From Mesotaenium endlicherianum (Eukaryota), in assembly GCA_009602735.1 (NCBI GenBank), contig WELA01001462.1, positions 446,921 to 496,412 on the forward strand: a DNA stretch of 49,492 bases, in the 5' to 3' direction. Positions within the stretch are counted from its first letter, which is position 1. Each line of letters starts with the position of its first letter. Both the position numbers and the translations under genes were made by a program. Below are positions 47,059 through 49,492 of the stretch, piece by piece. The notes beneath the pieces were generated by a model. That model was not told where the DNA came from. It saw only the letters and a list, made by a program, of their open reading frames with translations, and made no database searches.

Positions 47059-47325
47059 CTGTCATTTCAGTTGACACGGGAAGGTGACAGGCGGTCCTGT
47101 CTCCATTTAAGTTGGAGGGGAAAATATATGACAGTTAGTGAGCGAGAGCGATAAAAACACACTCATACGTTTATGTGTAGCGCATCGCAACTACGTCAAC
47201 TTTTAGCAATCATCCTGTAAGGTAAACAGCAGCGAAGCCACTATACTAAATACTAACATACTTCCTGCAATCCCTATGACAAAGGTCCATATCCTACTAA
47301 CTTGTGCCCTGGTTACATGTGCAGG

Positions 47326-49002
47326 ATGGCGCCCACCACACAAAAGGAGGACAGAAAGCGCAAGGCAGAAGAAGCCAGGAGGACAATGGAGCAATACCAG
47401 AAGGAGCTGGCGGCGACGTCCCTCACCAGGAGAGAACAAGAAAGGGTCCGCAAACAACAAGAGGCGGCAGAAGAGGCACAGAGGAAGAAGGATCAGGAAG
47501 CGGAAAACCTCAGGAAGGCTGAGGAGGAGAGACAGAAGAAACAGCAAGAAGAAGCGGCAGCGGCAGAAGAGGAGAAAAGAAAAAAGATTGAAGCGGACAG
47601 ACAGAAGAGCTTGGCCACTTACAGGTATACTGTGGTGGGTGGCCAAAACTTCGATAACCTGAAGGAAGCATTGCTGGCAGCCCAGGAGATCAACAGGCTG
47701 GAACAGACAACACTGCTACAGAAGGAAGGAGCTACAGCACTGGACAGGTACATCGAGACACACACCGGCGTGGTCCTTTACGAAGATTATGCTAAGATGG
47801 TGGGCTATACAGCAGAGCAGGCCCGGTATCTCGCAGATGATTCAGAGGACAAGCCGGTCCCCATACCGGGAATAGTGGGAGATCAGAGACTCATCCGGAT
47901 GGTGAGCATGCGGCCCGATAGCTTTAAGGATACGGTATTCTACCTCACACTCCTGCCAGCTTACAATGAAGTTGAGAGAAGGAGCTGGGAGTACTTGGCC
48001 AGGGAAGCAGGACAGCAGATGTTCTCTCCCCACTGGTTCCCGTGTAAACTGAGGAAGGCTGAGCACGGACCCCAGTACTACCAGCAGCCAACAGACTGGA
48101 GGTGGATGACCGTCACAAATAAGAAGCAGGAGTGTGACCGAGCCCAACCGGATGACTTCCACTATGGCCTAGACGGCTATCTCATCCTACCACCTCACAT
48201 TGCCCCTTGGGACCCCAGGCTGAATGGATGCCTGAGCAATATGAATGCAGAGACCAAGGAACATAGGAGGAGGGGAAGAGAGTACTTCTCTAAGGGAAAG
48301 CATGCCTTTGTCAAATGGGCAAAGAATGCAGGCCGGATAGATATCAGTAGGCTGAAGGCCAAGCAACCTCCAGCGCGCCCTAAGAAAGGGAGGTCGGTAG
48401 ACTACTCCATGTCTACTAGGGAGCAGGACGACTTAGTGGACGAGACCCCTACTCTCTCCGAGGAGGAGGATGAGGAGGATGAGGAAGAAGAACAAGGCAG
48501 AGGAGAAGCATCAGCAGCAGGTACTCAGGATACCCAGGGACAGGCAGTGGCACTTCCTAAAGAACCACGATCAGGTGTGTGGAATGTGATCCCCGTTATG
48601 GCGACAACTGGACCCCGCGCTCGCTCCCCCAGCCCACCTGCCCAAGCAGGGGAAGAAGCTGATCTGACTGTACTGGGCAGCAGACACAGACAGAAATCCC
48701 CAGAGGACAGGGGTGCCAAAAGAGGGACACGCGGGTGGGCCAGAGGTATGCCAGCCTCCCCCTCCGCTCAGGGGCATGTACCTCTAGCCAATGTATTTCA
48801 GCATCCTACTGGAATGCCTGTCTATGTGGGAATCAACACCCATGTGGTTGAAGAGCAGGCCACCATCCTCCGTTCTCCTCGAGGGCCAACTTTAGAGCAA
48901 ACAGGGTTCTTTAGAAGGCCAGCTGACAGATCTAGAGGGCTATCCAGATCTAGGTCCAGAACTCCGTCTCCTGACCCTGAAGCCCCAGGAACAACCCCTT
49001 AA
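47326..49002 (+). CDS. Additional ORF of unknown function between pol and the 3' LTR
   Basis: Uninterrupted ~558 codons from ATG 47326: charged coiled-coil N-terminus, W/Y/C/H-rich central region, acidic run, SR/P-rich tail. Confidence 0.8.
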   Translation: MAPTTQKEDRKRKAEEARRTMEQYQKELAATSLTRREQERVRKQQEAAEEAQRKKDQEAENLRKAEEERQKKQQEEAAAAEEEKRKKIEADRQKSLATYRYTVVGGQNFDNLKEALLAAQEINRLEQTTLLQKEGATALDRYIETHTGVVLYEDYAKMVGYTAEQARYLADDSEDKPVPIPGIVGDQRLIRMVSMRPDSFKDTVFYLTLLPAYNEVERRSWEYLAREAGQQMFSPHWFPCKLRKAEHGPQYYQQPTDWRWMTVTNKKQECDRAQPDDFHYGLDGYLILPPHIAPWDPRLNGCLSNMNAETKEHRRRGREYFSKGKHAFVKWAKNAGRIDISRLKAKQPPARPKKGRSVDYSMSTREQDDLVDETPTLSEEEDEEDEEEEQGRGEASAAGTQDTQGQAVALPKEPRSGVWNVIPVMATTGPRARSPSPPAQAGEEADLTVLGSRHRQKSPEDRGAKRGTRGWARGMPASPSAQGHVPLANVFQHPTGMPVYVGINTHVVEEQATILRSPRGPTLEQTGFFRRPADRSRGLSRSRSRTPSPDPEAPGTTP

Positions 49003-49102
49003 GGCGACACACTGAAGAGGCAGTCAGTAAGGGAGGCTGGTCAGGTTCAGTTCCCTTATTTAAAATTTCTGCAGTTTAATGTTGTCGAGGCGACAACAAG
49101 TT

Positions 49103-49115
49103 AAGTTGGAGGGAT
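49103..49115 (+). promoter_or_regulatory. Polypurine tract of chromovirus
   Basis: AAGTTGGAGGGAT immediately before TGTAAT of the 3' LTR. Confidence 0.8.
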
Positions 49116-49492
49116 TGTAATGAATCAGTATATTAGTGGATATAATATTCATTTAAATATAATAGTTAATTAAGTTCAGCCTGCTGAACTTTAGCTAATA
49201 GTCAGTCTGCTGGACTTTACATGATTATCAGTTTAATGACTCAGTCGAAAGCAGCAGGCTGAAAGTCCATGTAAGTCAGCTTGCTGACACATTCTTTGAC
49301 AACAAGCTGACTTCCGTACTCGGTAGCAGCGAACTGCCTTGATATGCATCTAAGTGAAATATGCTAGATGAATGGCCAGATGACATCCCTAGAATGGATG
49401 GCTATTCGGGATGATGGGAGATGCCGGTGGATTTGGTTAACCGAGGTCCTACCAACGTGGTTAACTCCCGGGTAGGCGGTGCCATCGCACTG
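49116..49492 (+). repeat. 3' LTR of chromovirus (partial)
   Basis: Highly similar to 41335 onward. Confidence 0.96.

Larger units (their letters stand above)
41335..49492 (+). mobile_element. Chromovirus (Ty3/Gypsy) LTR retrotransposon with an extra 3' ORF; 3' LTR runs off the window
   Basis: 5' LTR 41335-42055, PBS, gag, RT-RH-IN-chromodomain, PPT, 3' LTR from 49116. Confidence 0.96.

Overview
Eukaryotic, transposon-dense window with no recognisable intact host gene. A plant or green-algal origin is inferred from the chromovirus, the iMet PBS and the DNMT-bearing Gypsy elements. It contains: (1) a + strand Ty3/Gypsy element (2423-15613) encoding gag, protease, a DNMT3-like cytosine methyltransferase, RT, RNase H and integrase-PHD; (2) a decayed PIF/Harbinger-type gene pair (transposase plus Myb/SANT protein) flanking a second, bacterial-type C5 methyltransferase, an unknown ORF and an F-box/LRR gene; (3) two - strand copies of a second Gypsy family (the DNMT is visible in one copy) plus a solo repeat of that family; (4) a conventional chromovirus with an extra 3' ORF, and a related solo LTR. 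The most unusual signal is in the termini of the two methyltransferase-carrying Gypsy families, which lack ordinary LTRs. They show a split-direct-repeat layout (A-coding-PPT-B-A-B). The TG..CA integrase ends sit head-to-head at an internal near-palindromic B|A junction (CACGACA-GC-TGTCATG), and the solo repeat has a 4-bp TSD. This suggests a DDE integrase inserting a circularly permuted intermediate. All calls were made by eye from motifs and repeats; no searches were run.
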